Positions 43,175-53,697 of a DNA stretch of 64,000 nt are shown here, one piece after another (within the stretch, counting starts at the first letter, position 1; each line of letters begins with the position of its first letter). The stretch comes from Bacteroidales bacterium. Lineage in GTDB: Bacteria > Bacteroidota > Bacteroidia > Bacteroidales > UBA12481. The stretch covers positions 197,620-261,619 of the forward strand of contig JBAZTE010000004.1 in NCBI GenBank assembly GCA_041662065.1. Reading direction: 5' to 3'. The notes below the pieces were generated by a model, which made no database searches, was not told where the DNA came from, and saw nothing but the letters and a program-made list of their open reading frames with translations. A program made the translations under genes and the position numbers.

Positions 43175-43201
43175 AAATTTTGAACCAATACAATATTGCC
43201 A

Positions 43202-44065
43202 ATGATGATAAATAGTCAGCCAGAACAAGAGTCTTGGGATCTTGTTCTAACGCCGAAAAAGGCAGTCTTTGATCTTCAATTGGGTCAAATCTGGCGTTAC
43301 CGTGACCTGCTCATGTTGTTTGTTAGGAGAGACATTGTTTCATTTTACAAACAAACCATTTTAGGCCCGGTTTGGTTTTTTATTCAGCCAGTCTTCACCA
43401 CCATCATTTTTACCTTTGTTTTTGGCAAACTGGCCGGCCTCTCAACTGACGGTCTGCCTCAGCCGCTATTCTATCTGGCTGGCATCACCGGTTGGAATTA
43501 TTTTGCGGATTGTTTGACAAAAACTTCAACAACTTTTAGGGATAATGCTGCTATCTTTGGTAAGGTGTATTTTCCAAGGATCATAAGTCCTTTGAGTATT
43601 ATAATTTCCAACCTGCTCAAATTCGCCATTCAAATGCTGTTGTTTGTTGGGATGGCTGTTTTTTATCTGTTTAAAGGGGTAACGATGACAACCGGTTTGG
43701 AATTAATATTATTCCCTATTTTTGTCATATTAATGGCCATGCAGGGACTCGGATTGGGTATGATGATTACAGCCATGACCACCAAGTACCGAGACCTATC
43801 CTACCTGGTAACCTTCGGCGTTCAACTCATGATGTACACTACCACGGTTATATATCCCTTATCCAGTATAAGCGGGAAAATGTATTGGATCGTTGCTCTG
43901 AATCCTATGACATTTATCATCGAGGGCATTAAGGCATGCACTCTCGGTGTAGGTATTCTTACTCCGCAGACCTTTTTATATTCCTCCATTGTCAGTGTGG
44001 TGCTTTTTGGACTGGGAATTTTGATTTTTAACAAGGTGGAAAAGAAATTTATAGATACCATTTGA
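43202..44065 (+). CDS. wzm: ABC-2 type polysaccharide exporter permease
   Basis: About 287 aa with six TM helices. LL..FV.RD....YKQT.LGP.W...QP is typical of Wzm/TagG/KpsM. Confidence 0.85.
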   Translation: MMINSQPEQESWDLVLTPKKAVFDLQLGQIWRYRDLLMLFVRRDIVSFYKQTILGPVWFFIQPVFTTIIFTFVFGKLAGLSTDGLPQPLFYLAGITGWNYFADCLTKTSTTFRDNAAIFGKVYFPRIISPLSIIISNLLKFAIQMLLFVGMAVFYLFKGVTMTTGLELILFPIFVILMAMQGLGLGMMITAMTTKYRDLSYLVTFGVQLMMYTTTVIYPLSSISGKMYWIVALNPMTFIIEGIKACTLGVGILTPQTFLYSSIVSVVLFGLGILIFNKVEKKFIDTI

Positions 44066-44066
44066 T

Positions 44067-45365
44067 ATGTCTTTAGTTATTAAGGTTGAAAATCTCTCCA
44101 AGGCCTATCAAATTGGGCAATTTGGCACAGGAACTCTTTCCCAAGATCTCAAACGCTGGTGGGCATTGTCAAGGGGAAAGGAAGATCCTTTCTTAAGAAT
44201 CGGAGAAACCAACGATCGCTCCAAGAAAGGTGAGAGCAACATCGTTTGGAGTTTGAGGGGACTGAATTTTGAAATTGAACAGGGCGAAGCGATTGGAATC
44301 ATTGGAAAGAATGGTGCCGGTAAAAGTACGTTACTTAAGATTCTCAGTCAGGTGACAACCCCCACTACCGGCAAAGTCAAAATGAAAGGCCGCGTGGCCA
44401 GTCTGCTTGAAGTTGGGACGGGTTTTCATCCGGAACTCACAGGAAGAGAAAACATCTTCTTAAACGGTGCGATCCTTGGGATGCGAAAAGATGAAATTAC
44501 TCGTAAGTTTGATGAAATCGTTAGTTTCTCAGGTGTGGAACGATATATCGATACACCTGTTAAACGCTATTCTTCAGGTATGTATGTTCGATTGGCATTT
44601 GCTGTTGCAGCACACCTGGAAAGCGAAATACTTGTTGTGGATGAAGTTCTTGCTGTTGGCGATGCGGAATTTCAAAAGAAGTGCATTGGTAAAATGGGGG
44701 ACATCAGCCAATCTGAAGGGCGCACTGTTTTATTTGTCAGTCATAACATGTCATCAGTTAAAGCGCTTTGTGGTAAGTCCATCTTATTGAAAAACGGACA
44801 GGTTGAGCTAATTGATGATTCCGAGCGGGTAATTGATTATTATTTAAACGGACAGGTCAATAATCTTAACGGAATAATTCCCCTAGATTATCCACGAAAA
44901 CATTCAAAAAATCAAACCAGATTTAATTCTATCAAATTATTGAACAACAAACACGAATTAAGTTCAACATTTTACTTCAGAGAGAAAATCAGCTTTGAGA
45001 TAGATTTTACAGCCCTTGAAGATTTAGATGATATGGTATTTGTGGTGCTTATCACTAATATTGAAGGAAATCCATTGATCTATTCGGATTCTTTTCATAG
45101 AAGATTTAATGGCTTTAAAATAACAAAAGGTTCGCACCTCATAAGTGGTTTTTTTGAAACGAAATTGTTGCCGGGAAGTTATAACATTTCACTTGCATGC
45201 TCTCGGACACTGGATGGATTAACATATGAAATGATTGAGCAAGTTTTTGAATTTGACATATTAAGACAAGCCGGTACGGAGATTGTTTCAGATTATAAGT
45301 GGAATGTAATCCATGGCTTCGTTGTCGACTCATCGGAAATGGAAATATCTAAAACAAATTTATGA
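44067..45365 (+). CDS. wzt: ABC polysaccharide exporter ATPase with a C-terminal carbohydrate-binding-type domain
   Basis: Walker A GKNGAGKST, signature YSSGM, Walker B ILVVDE, then a beta-rich extension of about 180 aa, as in Wzt. Confidence 0.9.
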   Translation: MSLVIKVENLSKAYQIGQFGTGTLSQDLKRWWALSRGKEDPFLRIGETNDRSKKGESNIVWSLRGLNFEIEQGEAIGIIGKNGAGKSTLLKILSQVTTPTTGKVKMKGRVASLLEVGTGFHPELTGRENIFLNGAILGMRKDEITRKFDEIVSFSGVERYIDTPVKRYSSGMYVRLAFAVAAHLESEILVVDEVLAVGDAEFQKKCIGKMGDISQSEGRTVLFVSHNMSSVKALCGKSILLKNGQVELIDDSERVIDYYLNGQVNNLNGIIPLDYPRKHSKNQTRFNSIKLLNNKHELSSTFYFREKISFEIDFTALEDLDDMVFVVLITNIEGNPLIYSDSFHRRFNGFKITKGSHLISGFFETKLLPGSYNISLACSRTLDGLTYEMIEQVFEFDILRQAGTEIVSDYKWNVIHGFVVDSSEMEISKTNL

Positions 45366-46342
45366 ATATCAATGGATCGAAAATTCTTGTCATAGGCGGC
45401 GCTGGTTTTATCGGGAGCTTCGTGGTATCTGAACTACTCAAGGAAAATGTGGCCGCAGTGGTGGTTTACGACAACTTCACCAGAGGCAAAATAGGTAACC
45501 TGACTGAGCAACTCAACGATCCTCGCTGCACTATTTTTCCTGACGGTGGGGATATACGCGATCTTGACGTTCTTGACGCTGCAATAAAAGGTAAGGATTA
45601 TGTGATTAGCCTTGCAGCCATGTGGTTATTGCATTGTAAGGATTATCCCAGAACGGCTTTTGAGGTAAATATTACCGGTACTTTTAATGTACTTGAAGCT
45701 TGTGTTAAGCATAATATTAAAAAACTGGTCTGGTCATCCTCTGCATCGGTATATGGGGACGCAGTTGAGCTTCCCATGACCGAAAGTCATCCATTTACTA
45801 ATAAAAACTTTTATGGTGCCACGAAAATTGCTGGTGAAGCTATGGCAACTGCGTTCAATGATCGATATAGCCTTCCTGTTATTGGTCTTCGATATATGAA
45901 CGTTTATGGACCTCACCAGGACCAGACTGCTGCCTACACTGGAGTGATACCCATTATGCTTAACAAGATTGAGGCGAACGAGTCACCCGTGATTAATGGT
46001 GATGGTAGTCAGGCCTATGATTTCATTTATGTGGAAGATGTTGCCCGCTGTAATGTGCTAGCCCTAAAAAGTGAGGTGAATTTCGGCATTTATAATGTAG
46101 GCACCGAAGTGCAAACTTCCATAAGGGAGCTTTGTAACCTTATTCTTGAGCTTAAATCTTCACTGGTAAAGGTTACCTACAAACCCTATTCTGCCGATGA
46201 TGCAAGGGCATTGGTCCAAAATCGCATAGGCTCACGAGCTAAAGCTGAAAAAGAACTCAGTTTCAAGTACAAGTTCGAATTAAAGGCGGGGCTTCAAAAA
46301 CTTTGCGAGTGGCGTATTGCTACAGGTCTAGACAGGCGATAA
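45362..46342 (+). CDS. NAD-dependent epimerase/dehydratase (extended SDR)
   Basis: ILVIGGAGFIGS, SSSASVYG, YGATKIAGE (YxxxK). Confidence 0.8.
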   Translation: MNINGSKILVIGGAGFIGSFVVSELLKENVAAVVVYDNFTRGKIGNLTEQLNDPRCTIFPDGGDIRDLDVLDAAIKGKDYVISLAAMWLLHCKDYPRTAFEVNITGTFNVLEACVKHNIKKLVWSSSASVYGDAVELPMTESHPFTNKNFYGATKIAGEAMATAFNDRYSLPVIGLRYMNVYGPHQDQTAAYTGVIPIMLNKIEANESPVINGDGSQAYDFIYVEDVARCNVLALKSEVNFGIYNVGTEVQTSIRELCNLILELKSSLVKVTYKPYSADDARALVQNRIGSRAKAEKELSFKYKFELKAGLQKLCEWRIATGLDRR

Positions 46343-46477
46343 ATAATGTTTTTAAAAAATATCACTTTTATGAACTTACCCAAAGCGGTTTCATTTCTGT
46401 GTGCTGGAACCTGTTTTTTGACAACATCAGAAAAGATCTAGGTTTAACAATTTATCTTAGTTAATTAAATATAAAAG

Positions 46478-47581
46478 ATGAAAATTCCCCTTATCAAGCC
46501 TTATATCACAGAGGACATTAAGAAAAGAGTGCTGGACGTACTGGACAGCGGATACTTGACTGAAGGTCCTGTAACTCAGGAGTTTGAGAAAGTGTTTGCA
46601 TCCTATGTGAATGCAAAACATGCTATCGCGGTAACTTCTTGCACAACCGGCCTTGAAATTGCACTCAGAGCAATGGGAATTGGACAAGGTGATGAAGTAA
46701 TAGTACCTGATTATACTTACCCTGCAACAGCTTCTGTTGTGACTATTGTTGGGGCTCACTGTGTTATTGTGGATGTGGATGCCTCAAATATGCTGATTGA
46801 TTATGATGCCATTGAGAAAGCCATAACCCCCAAAACAAAAGCTATTATTCCGGTTTCGCTTTTTGGTAATCCTTTGGACTATGATAGATTGAATCAAATC
46901 AAAGAAAAGCACAATTTATATATTCTGGAAGATGCGGCTTGTTCAATTGGAGCCGAATACAAAGCGGAGAAAGTGGGTATTTTTGCTGATATTACAGTTT
47001 TCAGTTTACATCCAAGGAAGTTCATAACCACCGGTGAAGGAGGCATGATTACAACAGAAAATGATGCATGGGCCGAATGGATGAATTCTTATAAGCATTT
47101 CGGTATGGCTATAAACAATACTTCGAGAGAAGGTATCCGGTTTGATATTGTCGGGACAAATTATAAACTCACTAATTTTCAGTCAGCCATTGGTTTAGGT
47201 CAGATGGAACACATTGATGACCTTCTGCAAAGGAGAAGATTTCTTGCTTCAAGATATAACAACCAGTTTGGACATGTTTCAGGTATTAAACTGCCAACAG
47301 TTGTTAATGATGGGAGGCACTCCTTCCAATCCTACTGTATCTTGACCCCCTTGAGGGATAAAATCATGAATACGCTGAGACAACAAGGATTGGAGGTTCA
47401 GATAGGAACATACGCCTTACATATGCACCCTGCTTTCCAAAACGCCCAATCCTTTACCCATTCAGGTGATTTCAAAGGAAGTATTGCATCATTTAATCAT
47501 TGTCTTACTCTACCCTTGTTCCATGATTTATCAGAAACCGAACAAGACTACTTGATTAACAAAGTACTAGAATTTATCTAA
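46478..47581 (+). CDS. DegT/DnrJ/EryC1/StrS sugar aminotransferase
   Basis: LTEGPV...[42 protein letters not shown] (PLP lysine region). Confidence 0.9.
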   Translation: MKIPLIKPYITEDIKKRVLDVLDSGYLTEGPVTQEFEKVFASYVNAKHAIAVTSCTTGLEIALRAMGIGQGDEVIVPDYTYPATASVVTIVGAHCVIVDVDASNMLIDYDAIEKAITPKTKAIIPVSLFGNPLDYDRLNQIKEKHNLYILEDAACSIGAEYKAEKVGIFADITVFSLHPRKFITTGEGGMITTENDAWAEWMNSYKHFGMAINNTSREGIRFDIVGTNYKLTNFQSAIGLGQMEHIDDLLQRRRFLASRYNNQFGHVSGIKLPTVVNDGRHSFQSYCILTPLRDKIMNTLRQQGLEVQIGTYALHMHPAFQNAQSFTHSGDFKGSIASFNHCLTLPLFHDLSETEQDYLINKVLEFI

Positions 47582-47582
47582 T

Positions 47583-49460
47583 ATGTGTGGAATTGTTGGA
47601 GTTTTTAATCTTGATGGCAAGCACTTTTTGTTGAGTAATCTCGTCAGGATGGCGGAGACCATGAACCACCGCGGACCGGACGGTAAAGGTTTTTACGTTA
47701 AAGAGAACATAGCCCTAGGCCATAAACGATTGTCAATTTTGGACCTCAGCGAAAAGGGTGCACAACCAATGACCTCCAAGGATGGACATTGGGTGGTTAT
47801 TTTTAATGGTTGCATTTACAATTACCTTGAAATCAAGCTGGAATTAAAAGAGAAGGGGCATTCTTTTGTATCAAATAGTGATACTGAAGTCATTACTGAA
47901 GGACTTTCTGAATACGGCCCTGCCATTTTTGAGAGATTTAATGGCATGTTTGCCATTGGTGCTTGGAATACAGAGGAAAAAGCACTCTATCTAAGTCGTG
48001 ACCGTTTTGGTGTAAAGCCACTTTATTATTGGTTTAATGGAGCAACAATTGTGTTTGCCTCTGAGATTAAGGCTATATTAAAACATCCTGATTATCACAT
48101 TGATGTTGACCTTGGGGCATTAAATGAGTATTTTACATTTCAAAACCTTTTTACTTATCGAACTCTATTCAAAGATATAGCTCTACTACCACAAGCAAAT
48201 ACTATTCGGGTTGATAGTAGAAGTGTTTTTGTAAAACATCGTTCCTGGTGGGATTATAATTTCTCTAAACCGGAAGAGAAAATGACCTTTGAGGAAGCTC
48301 GCTCTGGAACGTTGCGATTGTTTAAACAAGCCGTTCAGCGTCAAATGATTGCGGATGTACCAGTTGGCTCCTATCTTTCAGGGGGCATGGATTCGGGTTC
48401 AATTACAGCAGTAGCTTCTCGCCTTACTGATCGTTTATCTACATTTACCTGTGGTTTTGATATGAGTACCGTATCAGGAAGGGAATCCAATTTTGATGAA
48501 CGCAGAGATGCCGAGCTAATGGCAAGCTATTTTAATACTGAACATTTTGAACAGGTAATAAATGCTGGGGATATACGTTGGTCTTTGCCAAAAGTGGTAT
48601 ATCATTTGGAGGATCTTCGGGTAGGTATGTCCTATCCCCATTATTACATTTCTCGTCTGGCTTCCCGATTTGTAAAGGTATGCTTACAAGGAACCGGTGG
48701 TGACGAACTTTTTGGAGGTTATCCCTGGCGTTATTATCATGTTTTTGATTCTATCTCACAGAAAAACTTTTTTGATTCTTATTACGGATTTTGGCAACGA
48801 TTAGTTCCAGATGACCTTAAAAGTGAGTTGTTTACTTCCTTAGTATTCAAACAAATTGACCTTAAGGAACCAAGAACCATTTTTGAAAGAGTTTTTACTT
48901 TCAATGATAAGTTAAAATACGAACGGCCTGAAGATTATATACAGAACTCACTATACTTTGAAATAAAAACATTTCTACACGGTTTGTTAATTGTCGGCGA
49001 TAAACTCTCCATGGCTAATGGGCTCGAAGAACGTTTCCCCTTTTTGGACAATGACTTGGTGGATTTTGCAATGAAAATTCCTGTTAAGCATAAGCTAGGG
49101 AGGTTGGAACACGAGATTAAAAGGATAGACGAAAATATGTCCAGAAAAAAAACGAAATATCATGAATATGACGATGGAAAGAATGTTTTGAGGAAAGCTA
49201 TGCAGGAATTGATACCTGAACAAATTATTAACCGGAATAAGCAAGGCTTTTCTGCACCTGACGAAAGTTGGTATCGTGGTGAGAATGCCGCCTATGTGAA
49301 GGAAATATTGATAAACCGTAAAACTGTTTGTGCGGATTTTATTAATCAAGATTACATTAAAAAAATTGTTACGGAACATACTAGCTTGGGAAGAAACCAC
49401 CGCCTCTTGATATGGAGTTTTTTGAATTTTGAAATGTGGACGAAGACGTTTCTATATTAA
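47583..49460 (+). CDS. asparagine synthase (glutamine-hydrolysing)-like amidotransferase, copy 1
   Basis: N-terminal MCGI nucleophile, HRGPDG, and the PP-loop SGGMDS. Confidence 0.9.
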   Translation: MCGIVGVFNLDGKHFLLSNLVRMAETMNHRGPDGKGFYVKENIALGHKRLSILDLSEKGAQPMTSKDGHWVVIFNGCIYNYLEIKLELKEKGHSFVSNSDTEVITEGLSEYGPAIFERFNGMFAIGAWNTEEKALYLSRDRFGVKPLYYWFNGATIVFASEIKAILKHPDYHIDVDLGALNEYFTFQNLFTYRTLFKDIALLPQANTIRVDSRSVFVKHRSWWDYNFSKPEEKMTFEEARSGTLRLFKQAVQRQMIADVPVGSYLSGGMDSGSITAVASRLTDRLSTFTCGFDMSTVSGRESNFDERRDAELMASYFNTEHFEQVINAGDIRWSLPKVVYHLEDLRVGMSYPHYYISRLASRFVKVCLQGTGGDELFGGYPWRYYHVFDSISQKNFFDSYYGFWQRLVPDDLKSELFTSLVFKQIDLKEPRTIFERVFTFNDKLKYERPEDYIQNSLYFEIKTFLHGLLIVGDKLSMANGLEERFPFLDNDLVDFAMKIPVKHKLGRLEHEIKRIDENMSRKKTKYHEYDDGKNVLRKAMQELIPEQIINRNKQGFSAPDESWYRGENAAYVKEILINRKTVCADFINQDYIKKIVTEHTSLGRNHRLLIWSFLNFEMWTKTFLY

Positions 49461-49473
49461 GAGAATTATCAAT

Positions 49474-50454
49474 ATGGAAAAGTATCAAGTAATTAGAAAT
49501 GGCCAGACATATTTGCTGGATGAAATTCTTCCTAATATAATCCCGGGATTCTCTGAATACAAATTCGATCAATACTATTTATACCCTTCAAAAAGCAAAA
49601 ATAATTGGGAATCCTTTTTAATTGAAAGAATTAAAGTTCATCTAGCAATTTCTGAAAATGAAATAATTTATTTCTTCGATCAAAATCAAGCATGTTTAAT
49701 TGGGGTTAGATTTTCCGAATGGGATAAAACACATTTCGGTTTGGCTATTGCCCATGTTACAATTTTTTACCATACTGGTGGATATTCCAAGCAAAGTATT
49801 TCTGGAATACTCAGAAGTTTAATGAAAATTTTCCAAATAAGATCTGTAGGTTTTGTATCCATAAGAATAAATGGTGATGACTTGGATTTCATACACGCTT
49901 TTGAAAATGCGGGTTTTAGCTATTTCGAAAATGTAATATGGCCTATTAAAATGCGTCCTCAAGAACTTATATTGCAACCTGATGAAATCAGGTTAATAAA
50001 AGAAAACGAATTGCCAATAGTACAGGGAATAGCCTCAAATTTCCAGTACCAACGTGGTCATTATCATTGTGAAAAAGCTTTTGATATACAAAAAGTTAAT
50101 TCCATGTATGCAAAATGGGTAACCTCCGCATGGGAAAGGAAAGAAAATATCATTGTAATTCAGCACGACGGTCAAGTAGCAGGATATTTTATTTCAGCGA
50201 TTGATGAAAAATTATCAAAGGTTCTTGGGTATAAATATGGTAGAATGAAATCACTTGCACTTGATGGATCTTTTCGCGGCTTCGGGTTAGGGAAAAGACT
50301 ATTTAATGGAACTTGCCAAGTACTTTTCACCCAAGGTGCGGAAATAATAGATTCAGGTTATTCAACTAAAAATCACATTTCTGCAAAACTGCATTCTCAA
50401 TCTGGATTTTATTCAGTGTACGAAGAAGTAACCTTACATAAATGGTTACGATAA
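49474..50454 (+). CDS. GNAT-type N-acetyltransferase with an uncharacterised N-terminal half
   Basis: The C-terminal region ..VAGYFISA..LALDGSFRGFGLGKRLF.. fits GNAT motif A (R/Q-x-x-G-x-G/A). Confidence 0.5.
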   Translation: MEKYQVIRNGQTYLLDEILPNIIPGFSEYKFDQYYLYPSKSKNNWESFLIERIKVHLAISENEIIYFFDQNQACLIGVRFSEWDKTHFGLAIAHVTIFYHTGGYSKQSISGILRSLMKIFQIRSVGFVSIRINGDDLDFIHAFENAGFSYFENVIWPIKMRPQELILQPDEIRLIKENELPIVQGIASNFQYQRGHYHCEKAFDIQKVNSMYAKWVTSAWERKENIIVIQHDGQVAGYFISAIDEKLSKVLGYKYGRMKSLALDGSFRGFGLGKRLFNGTCQVLFTQGAEIIDSGYSTKNHISAKLHSQSGFYSVYEEVTLHKWLR

Positions 50455-50466
50455 CAGTGTATTTCT

Positions 50467-51189
50467 ATGTATGATTTTGGTAACATTAGAGATATTAAGG
50501 TTCAAGAACCGGAATCATGGACAAAAAAAATGTTTATCACCATAGATATTGATTGGTGCTGTGATGAGATTTTAAAATATTGCATTGATTTAATTGAAGA
50601 AAACGATATTTGTGCAACATGGTTTATTACGCATGAAACTTCACTATTACAGCGGTTAAGAGAAAATCCACATTTTGAAATAGGAATTCATCCCAACTAT
50701 AATCCGCTTCTGAAAGGCAACTTTCAATATGGAAGTAATAGTAGAACTGTTATTAAGCATTTTATGGACATAGTTCCTGAAGCTGTTTCTGTAAGGTCGC
50801 ATTCATTAACGCAAAGTTCAAGTTTTTATAATGATTACCAAGATTTGGGTTTAAAATTTGATTGTAATGAGTTCATGCCTTTTTATTCCGGTATTTGTCT
50901 CAAACCTTACACATTATGGAATACTAATATTATAAGGGTACCTTATTTTTGGGAAGATGATGTTGTTTGTCAGTTAGCTTATACTAAAATTGAGGAAACA
51001 TTTTCAACCACTGGTTTGAAGATCTATGATTTTCATCCTATTCACATTTTTTTGAACAGCGAAAATTTGCATCGCTACGAACAGACAAGACATCTTCATC
51101 ACAAACCTGATGAACTGTCACTATATAAAAATGATGGAGTGGGAATAAGAACTCAGTTATTAAGACTTTTATCATTGGCTCATAGGTGA
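50467..51189 (+). CDS. polysaccharide-deacetylase-like protein (WbmS-like, low confidence)
   Basis: FITIDIDWCCDE, ATWFITH, EIGIHPNYN resemble the NodB-like/WbmS pattern, from memory. Confidence 0.4.
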   Translation: MYDFGNIRDIKVQEPESWTKKMFITIDIDWCCDEILKYCIDLIEENDICATWFITHETSLLQRLRENPHFEIGIHPNYNPLLKGNFQYGSNSRTVIKHFMDIVPEAVSVRSHSLTQSSSFYNDYQDLGLKFDCNEFMPFYSGICLKPYTLWNTNIIRVPYFWEDDVVCQLAYTKIEETFSTTGLKIYDFHPIHIFLNSENLHRYEQTRHLHHKPDELSLYKNDGVGIRTQLLRLLSLAHR

Positions 51190-51253
51190 TATTAATATTG
51201 CAAAGCAAGCAACCGTATTATTATTGTATAGTTTTCATGATGAATAAAGTAAA

Positions 51254-52177
51254 ATGTTAAAAGTTGCGATCATCGGACGAAGTGAAATAATGTATGATAT
51301 TGCTTTGAAATTAGAAGAAGCAGGCCACCTTATTGTATGCATTATCACTGCAAAAGAGGCACCCGAATACTCGGTCAAAGCTAATGACTTTTATGATTTG
51401 GCTAAGGTCTTAAATGTCCCCTTTGCTCAATCAGCTGATATCCTTAAATATAAGGAATTGATACACAATTCATCAGCAGACATTGGAGTAAGCATCAATT
51501 TTTCAGGTATTATACCTGGATCAATTACTTCTATGTTTCCTTTTGGTATCCTCAATGCACATGGTGGTGATTTGCCTCGTTACCGTGGAAATGCCTGTCA
51601 AGCTTGGGCGATTTTGAATGGTGAGGATAAAATCGGCTTGTGTATCCATCGCATGATTGGTGGTGAACTCGATAGTGGAGACATCATTGCTCGTGAATAC
51701 CTCCCTATCGATTACAACACCAAGGTTACTGATGTATGGGAATGGTTTAAGCGACGAATACCAGCACTTTTTGTGCAAGCAGTAAATCAACTTTCTATTG
51801 ACCCAGCATTTGTTTTGGAAATTCAGTCGAAAGACCCGAAAGATGCGCACCATTGTTATCCGCGTTTGCCAGAAGATGGCCGGATTGTTTGGCGGCAATC
51901 TGCATTATCGGTATTACGTCTGATAAACGCTTCCAACAAACCTTATGCCGGCGCGGTCTGTGACTTTGAGAGGCAACAGTTTATCATTTGGGATGCGGAA
52001 TTGGTGGAGGAGTTCGAGAATTTCTGCGCCGTTCCAGGGCAGATCACCCGAATCGGTAATGGGTTTGTTGAGGTGGCTTGTGGTGAGGGGAAAATCAGGA
52101 TTTTGTCAGCGGAATATGGTGGCGAGGTGTCAAGTCCGAATGTCTGGATCAAGTCAATTAGAAAACGTCTCACATGA
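51254..52177 (+). CDS. formyltransferase-family protein (sugar N-formyltransferase/Fmt-like)
   Basis: NAHGGDLPRYRGNACQAWAILNGEDKIGLCIHRM..ELDSGDII matches the N.H.SLLP.YRG .. H .. D.G catalytic pattern. Confidence 0.8.
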   Translation: MLKVAIIGRSEIMYDIALKLEEAGHLIVCIITAKEAPEYSVKANDFYDLAKVLNVPFAQSADILKYKELIHNSSADIGVSINFSGIIPGSITSMFPFGILNAHGGDLPRYRGNACQAWAILNGEDKIGLCIHRMIGGELDSGDIIAREYLPIDYNTKVTDVWEWFKRRIPALFVQAVNQLSIDPAFVLEIQSKDPKDAHHCYPRLPEDGRIVWRQSALSVLRLINASNKPYAGAVCDFERQQFIIWDAELVEEFENFCAVPGQITRIGNGFVEVACGEGKIRILSAEYGGEVSSPNVWIKSIRKRLT

Positions 52178-53553
52178 TTTTCATTGAAAACCAACCCATA
52201 AATCGTCAAGCAAACCACCAGGATTTTACGGTTGATGCCTATCGTCAACTCATCAATCTAGCTTTGGCTTCTTACCAGCCGGCAGATTATCAGGCGATAC
52301 CTTGGGGCCAGAGGTTTATTCTTTGGCGCCACGACTGTGATTATTCTTTGAATCGCTCACTGGATTTGGCAAGGATCGAGGCAGATGAAGGTATTAAATC
52401 GACCTTTTTTGTTAATCCTCACTGCGAGTTCTATAATTTATTGGAGAGTGGCCAACTCGCACTGATAAAAGAAATTGCCCGACTCGGCCATGATATCGGA
52501 TTGCATTTTGACGCTACCTTTTACGCCACAGCATTAGAGCGTGAACTGCATGAGCAGGTATCTCGAGAGGCCGATCTTCTTGAGCAATTCTTTGGTATCA
52601 GACCCGCTGCATTCAGCTTTCATAACCCCTCTAATTTTCATCTGACCTGCGAGGCGGAAACATACGGTGGATTGGTGAACTGTTATTCAAAGCGCCTTAA
52701 GACGGAAGTGTCCTATTGCTCTGATTCAAATGGCTATTGGCGTTTTCGGCGTTTATACGATGTGCTCTCCGATGCAAAAGATTCCTACCTGCAGGTGCTC
52801 ACGCATCCTGGTTGGTGGCAGGACAAACCAATGCCACCTAGGCAACGTATTTTCCGCTCAGCTTACGGCAGAGCCAAGGCCACAATGGGCCTCTACGACC
52901 AGATTCTTGAAACCTATAGGCGTGAAAATCTTGCGGGAGCGGCCCAGGTGATCAACTTCCTTAAGCCCATCAACCCAAGGCTCTTTGAACTCTGCGACTA
53001 CCTCTGGAACACTGAGCAGTTTCAGGCTCTATTTATCGAACTGTGGGGCCTCCACGAAAGCCAGATTAAAGCATTATGCAATTCAATGATAACTATGGAA
53101 TGGAAAATTCCTGACAGTGAGATAAATGTTTTTTTTAATGAATCCAAATTAGAAATTGATGGCTGGCAAATTTTTAACGTCACTTTTGGTGTTATTTGGC
53201 AACAAGTTACTGGTCACAAGGATTCGGATCATTTAGAATGGATCAATGTTAGAAATCAATTGATTCGTGGAGGAACAACCATGGAGGGATTTTGTCTGGA
53301 AGATGGATGTGTTTACCTGTGTGATGTAATTAAAACAGTAGCTAAGTGGGGACGGAAACAGCATTTCCATTACGATGGTCTTGGTTACAATAGCTCGATT
53401 GGCATTGCAAAGTGTGGAATAGCAGACGAAGTAAAAAAAGAGGAGGGTGAAAAGATAGTTGATAAAAACCAGCAGTTTATAATGCAAAGGTGGAGTGAGT
53501 ATAAAGCTGTTATTAGGAAGGTTAGTGACCAAAATAGATTACTTTTACGTTAA
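52174..53553 (+). CDS. polysaccharide-deacetylase-like N-terminal domain fused to an unrecognised C-terminal half of about 200 aa
   Basis: WRHDCDYSLNRSLDLARIEADEGIKSTFFV, GHDIGLHFD. I recognise no motif in the C-terminal half. Confidence 0.4.
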   Translation: MIFIENQPINRQANHQDFTVDAYRQLINLALASYQPADYQAIPWGQRFILWRHDCDYSLNRSLDLARIEADEGIKSTFFVNPHCEFYNLLESGQLALIKEIARLGHDIGLHFDATFYATALERELHEQVSREADLLEQFFGIRPAAFSFHNPSNFHLTCEAETYGGLVNCYSKRLKTEVSYCSDSNGYWRFRRLYDVLSDAKDSYLQVLTHPGWWQDKPMPPRQRIFRSAYGRAKATMGLYDQILETYRRENLAGAAQVINFLKPINPRLFELCDYLWNTEQFQALFIELWGLHESQIKALCNSMITMEWKIPDSEINVFFNESKLEIDGWQIFNVTFGVIWQQVTGHKDSDHLEWINVRNQLIRGGTTMEGFCLEDGCVYLCDVIKTVAKWGRKQHFHYDGLGYNSSIGIAKCGIADEVKKEEGEKIVDKNQQFIMQRWSEYKAVIRKVSDQNRLLLR

Positions 53554-53605
53554 GTTTGCACTTTGAAAATATCCAAGTATTCCTTTACTCCATCACCTAA
53601 GTTTG
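53551..53605 (+). promoter_or_regulatory. two TAAGTTTGCA boxes (TAnnTTTG -7-like) upstream of the LbH acyltransferase gene
   Basis: TAAGTTTG at 53551-53558 and 53598-53605, in a 144-nt intergenic gap. There is no good -33 box. Confidence 0.3.
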
Positions 53606-53697
53606 CATTAGAGAACCTGTTAATAATTAGAATTCTTATCATATTATCATCAAACAATTTTATCAGCGCATAGATATTATTTAAAGAGGTCAAGAAT

